This document shows, piece by piece, positions 38,504-53,800 of a DNA stretch of 64,000 nucleotides. A program made the position numbers and the translations under genes. The first letter of the stretch is position 1; each line of letters begins with the position of its first letter. The stretch spans positions 39,742,001-39,806,000 of the forward strand of contig NC_043002.1 of NCBI RefSeq assembly GCF_006345805.1, in the 5' to 3' direction. Source of the DNA: Octopus sinensis. Its lineage: Eukaryota. The notes under the pieces were generated by a model. It did no database searches and was not told the origin of the DNA. It worked only from the letters and a program-made list of their open reading frames with translations.

Positions 38504-39132
38504 CAGGCTTCTTTCAGTTTCTGTCTACCAAATCCACTCACAAGGCTTTGGTCAGCCCAAGTCCATAGTAGAAGACACTTGCCCAAGGTATCATGCAGTG
38601 GGACTGAACCTAGAACCATGTGGCTGGCAGGCAAGCTTCTTACCACACCTCCTTAATTTTTATTGGTACTTTATTAAGAAGGCCTTATAGTTTCAGAGAT
38701 ACAAAAATAAATTAAGACATTCAAGTTTTTCCCCAAATTACCAGCAACATGAAGATCATGTCATTGACATGACTTAACCTCCACTCTCATATTTCTATTT
38801 TTTTTATATAAGTACAAACTCTGGAAAAGAAGAACTCAGCATATAAGCAGTCTAAGGATTGTTTTCAGAAAGTTCAATGTCTTCAATTTCCTCATATACA
38901 CATACGTGTGTGTGTGCACGAGTGCATGTGTGTGTGTATTTGTTTGTATATGTATATGAATGTGCATATATAAATTTATATATATATACACATATCTGTT
39001 TGTCTGGCTGCCTGTCTACCTGTCTGCTTGTCTGTCTGCCTGTCTATCACTCTCTCTCTTGATACATACATATACATATATACATACCTACATACATACA
39101 TACATGCATACATACATACATATGCGTGCACG

Positions 39133-39164
<32 letters not shown>

Positions 39165-39166
39165 CA

Positions 39167-40394
39167 TACAAGATATGTAGGATATTTCAGGACACTTATG
39201 TTTATAAAAAACATATATATAATAACAGATAATAACTTTATTTATCAAAAAAACGATAAATGAGGATAAAAATAAACCTTCTTTTCTATAATGTAATTCA
39301 ATAAAGCCACCTTCAGCTTCAACAACTGCTTCTATATGAAATCTAAATCATCTGCATGCTCGAATCAAGTGGTCCTGGTTCATTTTGGACATAACTCTGA
39401 CTATGGCAGCTTTCAAAGAATCTTTGGTGTTATGGGCGCGTTCATTGACCTCTCTCTCAACAACACTCCACATGTAATAGCCCAATGGATTGAGATCTGG
39501 GGAATTAGGAGTTAGGGGTTATGTGATCATGAAAATTTTCAGCCATCTGTTTCTGTGTTACTAGAGTCATGTGTGATAGTGTAGAGTCTCACTGAAAAAC
39601 ATATGGCTTTCCATTGCATATACTGTCTATCCAAGGCTTAACAATTATTTCCAGGACCTCAATATAGGTGGCAGAGTTAACTCTGTAGAAAGAAGTAAGG
39701 AGGCATCACATGTCCTTCATTGCTGACAACCCCTAAAACCATGAGAATTGCAGGAAGTTTTGTATGCATAACCATCTGTCATTTCTTCTGTTAACTTTTT
39801 GATCTTGGTCAAAGTTTTTCTCGTTTGAGAAAAACCAAATCAAATCTTCTGCTGGATTTTTTTCAGTTTGTTTAATAGCCTTTTAGATCTGATGTAGTGA
39901 TTTTCTTTTGCTTTTTCTGGCAAACTGACCTTTCCTCATCATATAAGACTTATATATGATCTCTTCATGGACAACATTTTTGACTGTTCCTTCTGACATA
40001 TGGAGATCGTTTGCAATTGATCTCATGGACTTTCTGGGATTGTAATCAATGGTCTGTTGAACTTGCTGGATAAATTCGGATGTTCTGATGATTTCAGAGC
40101 ATTTAGAATGCTTTTTATGCTTTGATACTGGTGATATGTTTCCATCTTCAGTCTCTAGTTCCTTTCAAAATTTGTAGATGAATGGTCTGGCAACTTTTAA
40201 AAATCGAGATATTTCTAAATCGCTATGCTCAGCCTTTATAACCACAATAAAACAATAACAGCATGCTTCTTCATTTCTTGAGCAAGCTGAGGGTCTGCCA
40301 TTATTACTTTCTGAAACAAATATTATACAGAGCTAGAAGAAATGCAGCAATGACGCAAAAAAGGTATGTCCTCAAATACTTTGTGCACCCTGTA
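39167..40394 (-). mobile_element. Decayed full-length Tc1/mariner transposon (maT/DD37D-like)
   Basis: Degenerate ~30-bp TIRs within TA; minus-strand remnants of PPNSPDLNPLDY and HNTKDSLKAAI. Confidence 0.8.
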
Positions 40395-40406
40395 TACACA
40401 CACACA

Positions 40407-40439
<33 letters not shown>

Positions 40440-40881
40440 GGAGAATGTGTTTTGGGTTTAGGTGTGACTGTGTGGTAAGAATAGGCAGAGGTGTGGCTGT
40501 ATGGTAAGAAGCTTGCTTCCCAAACACATGGTTCTGGGTTCAGTCCCACAGCATGAGGCACCTTGGGCAAGTGTCTTCTATTATGGCCTTGGGCTGACCA
40601 AAGCCTTATATGTGTATGTGTGTGTGTGTGTGTGTGTAAATGTATCTATTTATGTGTGTGTCTTTGTGTCTATGTTTGTATCTCCACTATTGCTTGACAG
40701 CTGATGTTGGAGTGTTTATGTCCCTGCAACTTAGCAGGTTGGCAAAAGAGACTGATCGAATAAAAACTAGGCTTACAAAGAATAAGTTCTGGCATCGATT
40801 TCTTCAACTAAAAACCCCTTTAAGGTGGTGCTCCAGTATGGCCACAGTTGAATGACTGAAACAAATACAAGAATAAAAGAA

Positions 40882-42020
40882 TACATACATACATACATAC
40901 ATACATACATACATACATACATACATACATACATACATACATACATACATACATGCATGCATACATGCAAATAAAAATATGCAAGAATTTTCTCAACTTC
41001 CAAATGTGAATTTGTCTGTTAAATACATCCCAAAGATGGGGTCTTGTATCTTTGTTGGAAATCGGTTCCCTCCTCAGTGGAGATTTATAATAATTCAAAA
41101 ATAGAAGAGAAAACATACATACATACATACATACATACATACATACATACATACATACATACATACACACACACATACATACATACATACATACATACAT
41201 ACATACATACATACATACATACATGTGTACAAAACATAAATACATACATACATACATACATAAATACATACGTGCATACATACATACATACATATATACA
41301 TACATACATGCATACATGCATGCATACATACATGCATACATACATACATACATACATACATACATACATACAAGCATACATACATACATACATACATACC
41401 TGCATGCATACATACATACATACATACATACATACATACATACATACATACATACATACATACATACATACATACATGCATGCATACATGCAAATAAAAA
41501 TATGCAAGAATTTTCTCAACTTCCAAATGTGAATTTGTCTGTTAAATACATCCCAAAGATGGGGTCTTGTATCTTTGTTGGAAATCGGTTCCCTCCTCAG
41601 TGGAAGATTTATAATAATTCAAAAATAGAAGAGAAATACATACATACATACATACATACATACATACATACATACATACATACATACACACATACATACA
41701 TACATACATACATACATACATACATACATACATACATACATACATACATACATACATGTGTACAAACATAAATACATACATACATACATACATAAATACA
41801 TACGTGCATACATACATACATACATATATACATACATACATGCATACATGCATGCATACATACATGCATACATACATACATACATACATACATACATACA
41901 TACATACAAGCATACATACATACATACATACATACATACCTGCATGCATACATACATACATACATACATACATACATACATACATACATACATACATACA
42001 TACATACATACATACACACA
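40882..42020. repeat. (CATA)n arrays with a ~530-bp tandem duplication (about 40953-41475 and 41476-42010)
   Basis: The unique ~150-bp spacer and the interruption pattern of the array are both repeated almost exactly. Confidence 0.9.
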
Positions 42021-42341
42021 CACATACATACATGTAATGTCTCTTCAACACATTCAACATTTCCCATAGGTAATATCTTTTAAGAAGGGAATACATAAAT
42101 AAGTAGACAAATGAATAATGTGTTAAGTTTATTAAGTGAAGGTTATTTGATATGAAGAACAATAAGTATCTTAAGTTTTCATGATATGTAAGGTCAGTGA
42201 ATTGTTTTTAGGCCAACTACTCACTGACTATCTATAATCTTGGATGGAGATCATTGTATCAGATCATATTTATTTGCATACGTGCATTCTGATTTCTTGT
42301 GTATGCATCTATATATACATGTGTTCATATATAAGTACGTG

Positions 42342-42386
<45 letters not shown>

Positions 42387-43138
42387 TGCAGGAGTGGCTG
42401 TGTGGTAAGTAGCTTGCTTACCAACCACATGGTTCTGGGTTCAGTCCCACTGTATGGAACCTTGGGCAAGTGTCTTCTACTATAGCTTCAGGCCAACCAA
42501 AGTCTTGTGAGTAGATTTGGTAGATGGAAACTGAAAGAAGCCTGTCTTGTATATATGTGTGCGTGTGTGTGTGTGTCTATATGCTTGTGTTGTCCCGCCA
42601 ACATCACTTGACAACCGATGCTGGTATGTTCCAATAGAATAAGTACTAGGCTGACAAAGAATAAGTCCTGGGGTCGATTTGCTCGACTACAAGCTATGCC
42701 CCAGCATGGCTGCAGTCAAGTAAAAGAATATACATATATACATACGTGTGTGTATGTGTGTGTATGAATACATATTTGTATTTGTATATAAGTCTGTGTG
42801 TATGTATGTGTTCATACATACACATGTATGAACACATACATATTTATGTATGTGTTCAACACATACATATTTATGTATGTGTTCAAGTACACATCCATGT
42901 ATGTATACATTAATGCATGTATGTAATAATATATATATATATTGAATGCCACCAGCCCTTGTACAAAAAGTTTGCTTATACACATTATAGACAAACTTCT
43001 TTCATAAAGGTTGATGACATTCAATGAAGTAAAAAAAAATTTTGAATAATTAATAACTTCAAAAAATCCATCTTTAATTATTTTTACAAAAGTTTTTAAA
43101 TATATACATACACACTCACACACACACACACACACATG

Positions 43139-43170
<32 letters not shown>

Positions 43171-43179
43171 ACATGTGTG

Positions 43180-43209
<30 letters not shown>

Positions 43210-43224
<15 letters not shown>

Positions 43225-45290
43225 ATATATAGAAAGGCTGAAGATAGTTGTGTGCAAAAGTGCTACACCCTAGCAGTGGAGGGAACCTGTGGAAGAGGTA
43301 GACCCAGGAAAACCTGGGACGAGGTGGTGAAGCACGACCTTCGAACTTTAGGTCTCACTAAGGAAATGTCTAGAGACCGAGACCTATGGAAGTATGCTGT
43401 GCATGAGAAGACCCGGCAAGACTAGTCAGGCCATAACCCGTGGCCCCGACCTGGGACGTAGTCAGTCCTGTGCATACCTTCCTTCTTGTGACACTTATGA
43501 AGACCTGTTGAGGCAAGTGAAAATCAAATCAAATCAAAACAAATCAAAATAGATGAACATCAGTGGAATTGTATTCTTTGTGGTACCAGTGCCGGTGGCA
43601 CACAAGAAAACCACCCAAACGTGGCCGTAACCAGTACCGCATCGACTGGCCTCCGTGCTGTGGGCACAACAAACACCATCCGATCGTGGCCGTTCGCCAG
43701 CCTCATCTGGCACCTGTGCCGGTGGCACATAAAGACACCATCCGAAGACCCGGCGACGTAGTCAGTCCACCTGTGCATACCTTCCCTCTTATGACACTTG
43801 TGAAGACCTGTTGAGGCAAGTGTGTGACACTTGTGAAGACCTGTTGAGGCAAGTGAAAATCAAAAATCAAACCAAATCAAAATAGATGAATATCAATGGA
43901 ATTTGTATCTTTGTGGTTCCAGTACCGGTGGCACACAAGAAAACCATCCGAAGTGGCCGTAGCTGGTACCGCATCGACTGGCCTCCGTGCTGTGGGCACA
44001 ACAAACACCATCCGATCGTGGCCGTTCGCCAGCCTCACCTGGCACCTGTGTCGGTGGCACATAAAAACACCATCCAAAGACCCGGCGACGTAGTCAGTCC
44101 ACTGTGCATACCTTCCCTCTTATGACACTTGTGAAGACCTGTTGAGGCAGAGGCAAGTGTGTGACACTTGTGAAGACCTGTTGAGGCAGAGGCAAGTGTG
44201 TGACACTTGTGGAGACCTGTGAGGCAAGTGTGTGACACGCGTGACACTTGTGAAGACCTGTTGAGGCAAGTGAAAATCAAAACAAATCAAAATAGATGAA
44301 CATCAATGGAATTTGTATCTTTGTGGTTCCAGTACCGGTGGCACACAAGGACACGCGTGACACTTGTGAAGACCTGTTGAGGCAAGTGAAAATCAAACCA
44401 AATCAAAATAGATGAACATCAATGGAATTTGTATCTTTGTGGTTCCAGTACCGGTGGCACACAAGAAAACCATCCGATCGTGGCCGTTCGCCAGCCACAT
44501 CTGGCACCTGTGTCGGTGGCACATAAAGACACCATCCGAAGACCCGGCGACGTAGACAGTCCACCTGTGCATACCTTCCTTCTTGTGACACTTGTGAAGA
44601 CCTGTTGAGGCAAGTGAAAATCAAATCAAATCAAAACAAATCAAAATAGATGAGCATAATGGAATTTGTATCTTTGTGGTACCAGTGCCGGTGGCACACA
44701 AGAAAACCACCCAAACGTGGCCGTAACCAGTACCGCATCGACTGGCCTCCGTGCTTTGGGGACGTAACAAACACCATCCGATCGTGGCCGTCCGCCAGCC
44801 TCATCTGGCACCTGTGTCGGTGGCACATAAAAACACCATCCGAGCGTGGCCGTCTGCCAGCCTCGTCTGGCACCTGCCAGCCTCATCTGGCACCTGTGTC
44901 GGTGGCACATAAAAACACCATCCGAGCGTGGCCGTCTGCCAGCCTCGTCTGGCACCTGCCAGCCTCATCTGGCACCTGTGTCGGTGGCACATAAAAACAC
45001 CATCCGAGCGTGGCCGTCTGCCAGCCTCGTCTGGCACCTGTGTCGGTGGCACATAAAAACACCATCCGAGCGTGGCCGTTCGCCAGCCTCGTCTGGCACC
45101 TGTGTCGGTGGCACATAAAAAGCACCCACTACACTCACGGAGTGGTTGGCGTTAGGAGGGCATCCAGCTGTAGAAACACTGCCAGATCTGACTGGCCTGG
45201 TGCAGCCTTCGGGCTCCCCAGACCCCAGTTGAACCGTCCAACCATGCTAGCATGGAAAACGGACGCTAAATGATGATGATGATGATGATG
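43210..45290 (+). mobile_element. RTE LINE 3' end with tandemly amplified 3' UTR
   Basis: EGTCGRGRPRKTWDEVVKHDL..WKYAV..KTRQD* then the UTR, ending in the shared GGACGCTAAA(TGA)n tail. Confidence 0.85.
43455..45120. repeat. Hierarchical tandem array (~300-bp units with 25-80-bp sub-units; GTGCCGGTGGCAC-like core)
   Basis: GACGTAGTCAG-type unit starts at ~43455, 43755, 44086 and 44548; subunit runs at 44120-44270 and 44820-45120. Confidence 0.9.
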
Positions 45291-45912
45291 ATATTATATA
45301 TATATATATATATATATTGCCAGCCTCCCCTGGCACCTGTGCCGGTGGCACGTAAAAAGTACCATCCATATGTGGTCAATGCCAGCACCACTTTGACTGG
45401 CTTCCGTGCTGGTGGCACACAAAAAGTACCAACTGATCGTGGCCGTTGCCAGCCTCCCCTGGCACCTGTGCCGGTGGCACATAAAAAGCACCCACTACAC
45501 TCACGGAGTGGTTGGCGGTAGGAAGGGCATCCAGCTGTAGAAACACTGCCAGATCAGACTGGAGCCTGGTGCAGCCTCCTGGCTTCCCAGACCCCAGTCG
45601 AACCGTCCAACCCATGCTAGCATGGAAAACAGACGTTAAACGATGATGATGATGATGATTCATATAAATATCTACCTATTATGTAGTGAAAAATTCAGCA
45701 AATATTATATATATATATACATACAGGCATAGGTGTGGCTGTGATAAGAAGCTTCCTTCCTAACCATATGGTTCAGGGTTCAGTCCCATTGCGTAGCTCC
45801 TTCAGCAAATGATTCCTGCTATAGCCTCAGGCAACCAAAGCCTTGTGAGTGAATTTGGTAGATGGAAATTGAAAGAAACCCATCATGTATATATATGTGT
45901 ATATATAAATAA

Positions 45913-45957
<45 letters not shown>

Positions 45958-46060
45958 TAAAACAGACAGAAGTCTGGTCAGCTCCTGTCAAACTGTCCAG
46001 CCCATGCCAGCATGGAAGGTGGACGTTAAACAGCGATGATGATCATGTTATACATATATG

Positions 46061-46107
<47 letters not shown>

Positions 46108-46113
46108 ATGTAT

Positions 46114-46153
<40 letters not shown>

Positions 46154-47429
46154 GGGTGTGCATGAGTGTACTTCAGTTGAGATCATTTCATGCACATATC
46201 CAGTGGGTGTATAGAGTAAATGATTTCAAATGTGCATATTCATTACTGTTGACTTTCAAATTTTGTAGCTTAAGAATGATGAAGTAGCTGTGCAGTCATT
46301 TGACATGCTAGAAAGAGCAGCTAAATTTGTCTCAAATCACACATTACCATCTTAAATAAAGTGTACATTGGATAATGGAATCCACATTGCTTGAAAAATA
46401 GAATGGTCTGGGGTAAAATCTCTTTTGATTATAGCTCTGTACAATCATGGTTTATCTGAGGGTAAACAAGCCAGTCAGGGAACCTTTATGCAGTTGCTTG
46501 ACCTGTTAGAAATAGCAACCAAATATCCCTCGAATCACACCCAACTATCTTCAAAAGGTAGAGAGCTTTTGTGCACTTGTCTTACCTGCTAGAAATAATA
46601 ATCAAATATCCCTCAAATCACTCTATGCTGCATATTCATGGAGGTAACAATTTAAAAGGAACATTGCCCGGCCACTTAGAACAAAGAATCATTTGAATCT
46701 TAGCTACATTGGTTCCACCTTGGCGACCATATTCATCATATGCACATTGCTGCTCTAAATTTAAAAGTTGTTCTTTATTCAACATCTTCTTCAGTCAACT
46801 TATACTCCGAGTATCTTTATTTCCTTAAGGTACATTTATCACTTATAAATCATGAATCATTTACATTATGTATTCTTTTATTCTTTTACTTGTTTCAGTC
46901 ATTTAACTGTGGCCATGCTGAAGCATCACCTCGAAGGGTTTTTAAGACTGGGCTTATTCTTTGTAAGCCTAGTATTTATTCCATTGTTTTTTGTTTTTTT
47001 TTACTGAATTGCTAAGTTACGGGGACATAAACACACCGACATCAGTTGTCAAGTGATGGCTGGGGGACAAACACAGACACACACATAAATATATACATAT
47101 ATATATACAACTAGTTTCTTTCAGTTTCCATTTACCAAATCCACTCACAAGGCTTTGGTCAACCCAAGGCTATAGATAGTAGAAGACACCTGCCCAAGGT
47201 GCCATGCAGTGGGACTGAACCCAGAACCATGTGGTTGAGAAGCAGGCTTCTTACCACAGAGCCATGCCTACATCGTCATTGTCAGTGATAACTCATATTC
47301 AAATTGTATATCTGTAGCCATTAATGGGCCTAAGAAAAAGTATGTACCATCATAGAAGTCAGCTGCTCTGATGATATAAAAATCTCTCAAAAAAATCACC
47401 TTTCCTTCATTAGACACTAAACTCTACTT

Positions 47430-47940
47430 GCGAAAACCTGTTGAGGTAAGTGAAATCGAAATCAAATTCAATGACTGACATCCATGCTAGTGAAGTGCTA
47501 AGAGCACCATCTGAGTGTGATCTTTGCCAGAGCAGCTAACAGGCTTCCATGCTGGTGGCACGTAAAAAGCACCATTTAAGCGTAATTGTTACCAGTGTCA
47601 CCTTACTAGCAATTGTGCCGGTGGCACATGAAAAAACATTCAAGCGAGGTCGTTGCCAGTGCCGCTGGACTGGCTCCTGTGCAGGTGGCACATAAAAAAC
47701 ACCATTTGAGCGTGGCCATTGCCAGTACCGCTTGTCTGGTCCTCATGCCGGTGGCACATAAAAGCACCCACTACACTCTTGGAGTGGTTGGCATTAGGAA
47801 GGGCATCCAGCTGTAGAAACTCTGCCTGATCAGATTGGAGTCTGGTGCATCCATCTGGCTTGCCAGTCCTCAGACAAATCGTCCAACCCATGCAAGCATG
47901 GAAAGTGGACGTTAAACGATGATGATGATGATGATGATGA
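47430..47940 (+). mobile_element. Short RTE-tail element (3' UTR only)
   Basis: Same GTGGCACATAAAAAGCAC subrepeats and terminal tail as 43210-45290; related pieces at ~16050, 20290, 31895, 45320 and 54380. Confidence 0.7.
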
Positions 47941-50900
47941 TCTATACCAATAATAATTGGGGCACTTGATTTTGTTAGTAAACACCTAAAAAACAATCTA
48001 GAAAGGCTAGAGTTTTCAGAATAAGGAAAATGAATCACCTAACATGCACATTACAAATATAACCTGTAAGTGGAACAATAAGAATGTGCCAGACTTTCCA
48101 AAATGTGACATCGTTTTTGTTACCTGCATTCCAACAACAGAGCTTTGCATCTTTGTTAGAAAGCAATTCCTTCTTAATAGGAAGACTTCAAATAATTAAA
48201 AACTGACGGGAGTATACCATCATCATCATCATCATCATCATCATCATATGCACAAAGAAAATGTTTTTAAATTGTTGATAGTGACATCAAAGTTTCAGTT
48301 ATGGTCAGCTTTGTCAAACATTATGATGAAGTCAATCACTGGTGAATATTTAAAGCACTGTTAACTTTTTCATTGTAAAAATAAATTTTATATACTACAC
48401 ATACATATTGTGAGTTTTACATTTAATGTTTGAATTTTTTTATGTATTATCATGCATAAAACATGCATATTGATATATATATATATAGAGAGAGAGAGAG
48501 ATAGATATAGATATAGATTTAGATATATATATATGTGTGTGTTTGTGTTTGTGTGTGTACTCACGGTTATGTTAGTGTAATTTGAGAGAGATTTGGCTGG
48601 TTCTTGTGCTACTTGTGTAATATAGACCAACTGCATTGAGGCTAACTCTTTGGCTTATGGCCAAACAAACTGTTTACTGCTCGGTAAACAGAAGCAATAA
48701 TTTTCCCCCAACTTCTTCCTCACTCTTACAAATTCTTGCCACTTTTTCTTCTTCCAGCAATCCATCTAAATGGTTGAGAGCCATCAATTTATGGTTAAAC
48801 ATACTCTTAGATACTAAAGTACATCAGCATATATTTCTATCTTCCAATCATACAAGACAACTCCATTCTTTGGTTGCTGTTGGACATTTTTTCTAGTTCC
48901 TTTACAAAGCAGCTGTTTTGTCATAAAGCCACTTTTCTGTTATTTAAATTTCATGTGTAAGTTCTTCTATAGCTGGTTTTCTTACCTCATTTCTTTTCTT
49001 CTCTTCTATTTACGTTTTGGCAACTCTTTGAAAGTAACTCTACCTCCACTCTGATTTGTTCCAATAATTTGAATTTACACTTTTACTATAAAAGTTTCAA
49101 ATTTTGGCCAATGGCCAGCAATTTTGAGGAGAGGGTAGTTGGTCAGTTACATGAACCTCAGTACTTGAGTGGTACTTTATCTTATCAACTCTGGAAGGAT
49201 CAAAGACAAAGTCAATTCAGGTAAGATTTGAACTCAGAACATAAAGAGCTGGAAGAAATGTCACTAAGCCTATATTGTAATGATTCTGCTAGCTCACTGC
49301 CTTCACATCATCTATAAAGATTTCTATTTTAACACAAAGGCGGTAATTTCAATGGGAGGATGGTCAGCTGATTGCATCAGCTCCAGTTCTTTACTGGTGT
49401 TTTATTTTATTGCCCCCCCCCCCACCCCACCCCCAAAAAAATGAAAGGCAAAGTTGATTCTGGTAGGATTTGAACTCAGGATGTAAAGAGTTGGAAGAAA
49501 CACCACTAAGAATTTTTTCCAATGTGCAAACAATTCTGCTGGTCTGTTGCTTTCATTTTTTACTGTAATACAACAACAAACAAAGATATGCACAAGTAAA
49601 ATATTGTTTTTTAAGTATTATTATTTAATTTTAAATAGCAATAACAATACAAAAAGCACATAACAATGTTATTTCACTTACTTATGCTGTGTACCTGAGA
49701 AGTTGTTCACCTGAGCACTGTATACAATAAGCTCTTTATTATTAATGGTGAACAAAGGCAGCAAGCTGGTAGAATCATTTGCATACTGGACAAAATGTTT
49801 AGTGGAATTTCGCCTATCTGAGTTCAAATTTCATCATGGTCGACATTGCTTTTTATCCTTTCAGGGTCAATAAAATAAGTACTAGGTAGGTACTGGGGTC
49901 AATGTAATTGACTTAACCCTATCCCTGAAATTGCTGGCCTTGTGCACAAATTTGAAACTATTATCAGTGATGAACAAAGGCAGTAGGTTGGCAGAATCAT
50001 TGGCATACTGGACAAAATGCTTAATGAAATTTTGTCTGTCTTTGTGTTCTGAGTTCAAATCCTGCTGAAGTCGACTTTGCTTTTGAGCCTTCTGGTGGTG
50101 GTGGGGGGGGGGGCAATAAAATAAGTACCAGTGGAACACTGGGGTTCGATGTCATTGACTAGTACCCCACCTCCCCTCAAAATTTCAGGCCTTGTGTCAA
50201 TAGCAGAAAGGATTATTAATGGTGTAGAGATACAAGAACCACAAATAATCTAAACCATTTAGTATTTTGCCCGAAATAGGCCTTCCTAAAATTTGTCTCT
50301 TAACATCAGATTTTAAAAACTTACAATTGACAGATATTGAGTAAACCTGAAATCAGTAAATTTACCGACTGAGTTGACAAAATGTTTATCCCAGTTATGG
50401 ACCCACTGTTCCACAAATAAAAACTTTTGTGAATATATTGCCTGGAAGTTTACCTTTTATCTTTTATTTGTTTCAGTCATTGGACTGGGGTCGTGTAGGG
50501 ATTTTACCTTGAAGGGTTTATCCAAACAAATCAACTTCAGTAAACAAACAAACACTGACTATCAAGTGTTGGGAGAATGTACACAAACATAAACATAGAT
50601 ATAAGATAAATATATGGTATTAAACACTAACTACAACAGATATCTGTTTGTCCTTCACAAAAGAAGATTAGTCAGAAATGTAGCATCTGACAGATATTCA
50701 AAAAGCTCTCTCTTAACCCTTTAGCATTCACTTTACTCTGTCAAATGTCGTACTTATTCTATTCATATTGTTTTCAATTAATCATGCATATCTCATAGTT
50801 TTGAGATTTCAATGATGTGGTTGTTTAATTTTTAGAATGCCATACTAGGATGGGTATGAGAGACCAGATCTGGCTGGTATGAACATAAAACAGGTAGAAT

Positions 50901-53756
50901 ATTTGGACTGGATTTGGCCAGTCTAAATGCTAAAGAGTTTAAACAAATTTTGGTATGACCCCTTCTACCATTTCATAGGTTAACTGATTGGGTTACGAGC
51001 CTTGCTAATTATCTTTTCCAGTACAATCCTTTTTTGTATGAAGTAGTTATGCAAACTCCTGAATGTGCAAACCCATGCTCAAAAAGTATTCCAACAATGT
51101 CCATCCCAATATTGTTTTTAGGAGTATTAGGAAATACAATATACAATGTATCCTTCTTTGGCTGAGATGGTGAGGTTTGCTTTGGCTGTCATTTTAATTA
51201 GGTTAAACGACCATGCAGAGACAGCCTCTGATTGTTGCAGTTGATAATGGTTCTACTACACCAATTACCATGAAAGCTACTTTCCTGTATCATCTAATTA
51301 ATTTGGTAATAATTACTTTATTAATTACATGTCAGCAATTAATACCTAAGGTCCAAACCAAACAGTCTCAAATTGACAAACACAAGTCCACCTAACCCCA
51401 AAATATAACTGAAGTCCCCACTCACTCCATTCCTCTATTAATGAGTACATGAAGTAGACCTTGCATCCATATAATACTTCTTTTTTGCCACAATGTTGGA
51501 TGAGTTTAAAATCATCTTAATTTTGTTAAACAAGACTCTTATCTGCACCCTTTTCAATCTTCACAGGAACCCCACTACCACCATCACCACCACCACCACA
51601 AGAAATGCTGGCTCTAATTACTTTTGTCTTTAAGTCCTTAATTACATCACATCTTCGTTATGTCCTTAATTACATCATTCCCTCATCATCATTTTTAATC
51701 ACATCACTCCATCATCATCGTTATTTATGACACTATTGTAGCAGACAACTATAATCCTTCTCCACCAAGTCCAGCTTTCATAATCAGGTGATTAAGTCTT
51801 GCCCATCAGTGTGCCCTGGATCCTTAAGTGGAATTTGAACACAGAATACAAACATTCAGAACAGATATCACAAAGCATCTTGTGCAACACAATAGTCTAA
51901 CAGGTCTGTCAATCCACTGCTCCTGGAGTGGTAGGTAAACTTGACTGGAAAGAATAAAAGCCAGTGTTGACTTTAGTGGGATTTGAACTCAGAGCAGAGA
52001 AGGCCAGAACAAATATCTAGTGGCACTTCCGTTGACATTCTAATGATTCTATCACTTCACTGTTAAGAGCATATTTGACTTCAACAGCTCATACCTCTTC
52101 TTCTATAAGCTCTTCCAATAATTGTTCCTTCTCTCTATATACTTGTTAAACTTTTCTTTTTGTTCAGCAGCCACTTGCATGTTGCTTTCTCTAATTATTT
52201 ACAGCTAACACATAAAATGCCCTCAGTTCTGACCTAGCTTTCATAAACAATACAAACAGAATATGTATACATCAAACACTTAACTGTTAAGCAACATTCT
52301 TTAATGTATGGTTTGACCATCACATGTTACAATGGCCATGAACTCAAGTGGTTCTTAATGAATGTTTGTGTGTCTGGAAGCTGACTAGTTAGACCAGTGA
52401 TTCTCAGACTAACAAAGGCCAGGCCACCCACAAACATTACTGAAATTTTCTAGCAGCCTTTTCTTCTCTTCTCTTTATAAATGAAATGACAAAAAGATTT
52501 TATATCCATATAATTCTTTTTCTTCATTAGTTTAAAATCTTGGAAAGTAGCATAATTTTATTAAACAGGACTATATATTCACCTCCTTTACAATTCCCAC
52601 AAGGTGCTTCCATCTCCTTCCAGTGAGAAACAATGAGTAAGGCCCATGTGTATAAGGAAACTTTTTGACTAATAGGCAATAATTAATATATTAAAGATTT
52701 TGATCTCATCATCCCACTGAATTCATCATTGCATTTCAGCCCTCTAGTGCTGATAAAGTAAGTCCACATTGTCATTGTTTTAATGTCCACCACTTTTCCA
52801 TCTTGCATGGGTTGGATGGAGTATACTGAGGAAGATTTTCTATGGCTGGATGCCCTTCCTGTCATCAACCCTTATCACTTGTTTTAACAGAATATTGGAA
52901 ATGTATGACATTCATTTACAACAATCACATGATGTCAAAACAAAGAGACACAAACATACATACATTCACACATGTGTGCACACACACATACATACATACA
53001 TACATACATACATACATACATACATACATACATACACACACATATACACACACACATACATACATACATACATACACACACATATACACACATACATACA
53101 TACATGCACATGCAATGGGCTTCTTTCAGTTTCCATCTATCAAATCCACTCAAATGGCTGTGGTTGGCCTAGGGTTTTAGCATAAGACACTTGGCTAAGG
53201 TGACATGCTGTGGGACTGAACCCAAGACCACGTGGTTGGGAAGCAAACTTCTTAAACAGTCACAAATGTACTTCAGTCCAAATGAAATAGTGAGTTTGAT
53301 ATAATCAACTCTAACCCCCTCTCTCAAATTCTGTGGTTTTGTATTTATGTAAGAAAACAATACATCAGTACCTTTTCCTTACGTTGTGTGCTCTGCTTCT
53401 TACGGTCTTCGATCAATTTGCATTCCAGTCATGAAGTTTATTAAAGTACCATGAAGCATGGTCTTCAATCAGTTTTGTAAGGAAAAGGTTTTCAGTGCCA
53501 AAAGTTTCAAAGAACATTACTGACATGTTTATGTTACTAATAGGTTCTCTGTCTCTTTCTTACTCACTTTGTCCATCGGTCTGTCCGTCTGTCCGTCTGT
53601 CTGTCTTTCTGTCTGTCTGTCTGTCTGTTGTCTCCCCCTTCTCTCCCTTTCCCTCTCTCTTTTGGTCTCTCTCTCCCTCTCTCTCTTTCGGTCTCTCTCT
53701 CCCTCTCCCTCTCTCTCAAAGAGTAATAACCGGTACATATTTTGTGAAAAATATCA

Positions 53757-53800
<44 letters not shown>

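Noticed and set aside
40820-42162. Long ORFs (up to 221 aa) of MYVC/HTYI repeats
   Set aside because: Translation of (CATA)n arrays, which lack stops in several frames.
43455-45120. CRISPR-like repeat array
   Set aside because: Eukaryotic context, no unique spacers, no cas genes; units derive from an RTE 3' UTR.
46710-46794. DnaJ-like YDEYG motif
   Set aside because: No HPD motif or J-domain helices nearby.
53371-53488. Hammerhead-like CTGATTGAAGACC stem on the minus strand within a short inverted repeat
   Set aside because: The GAAA core strand is missing and CUGANGA is disrupted.
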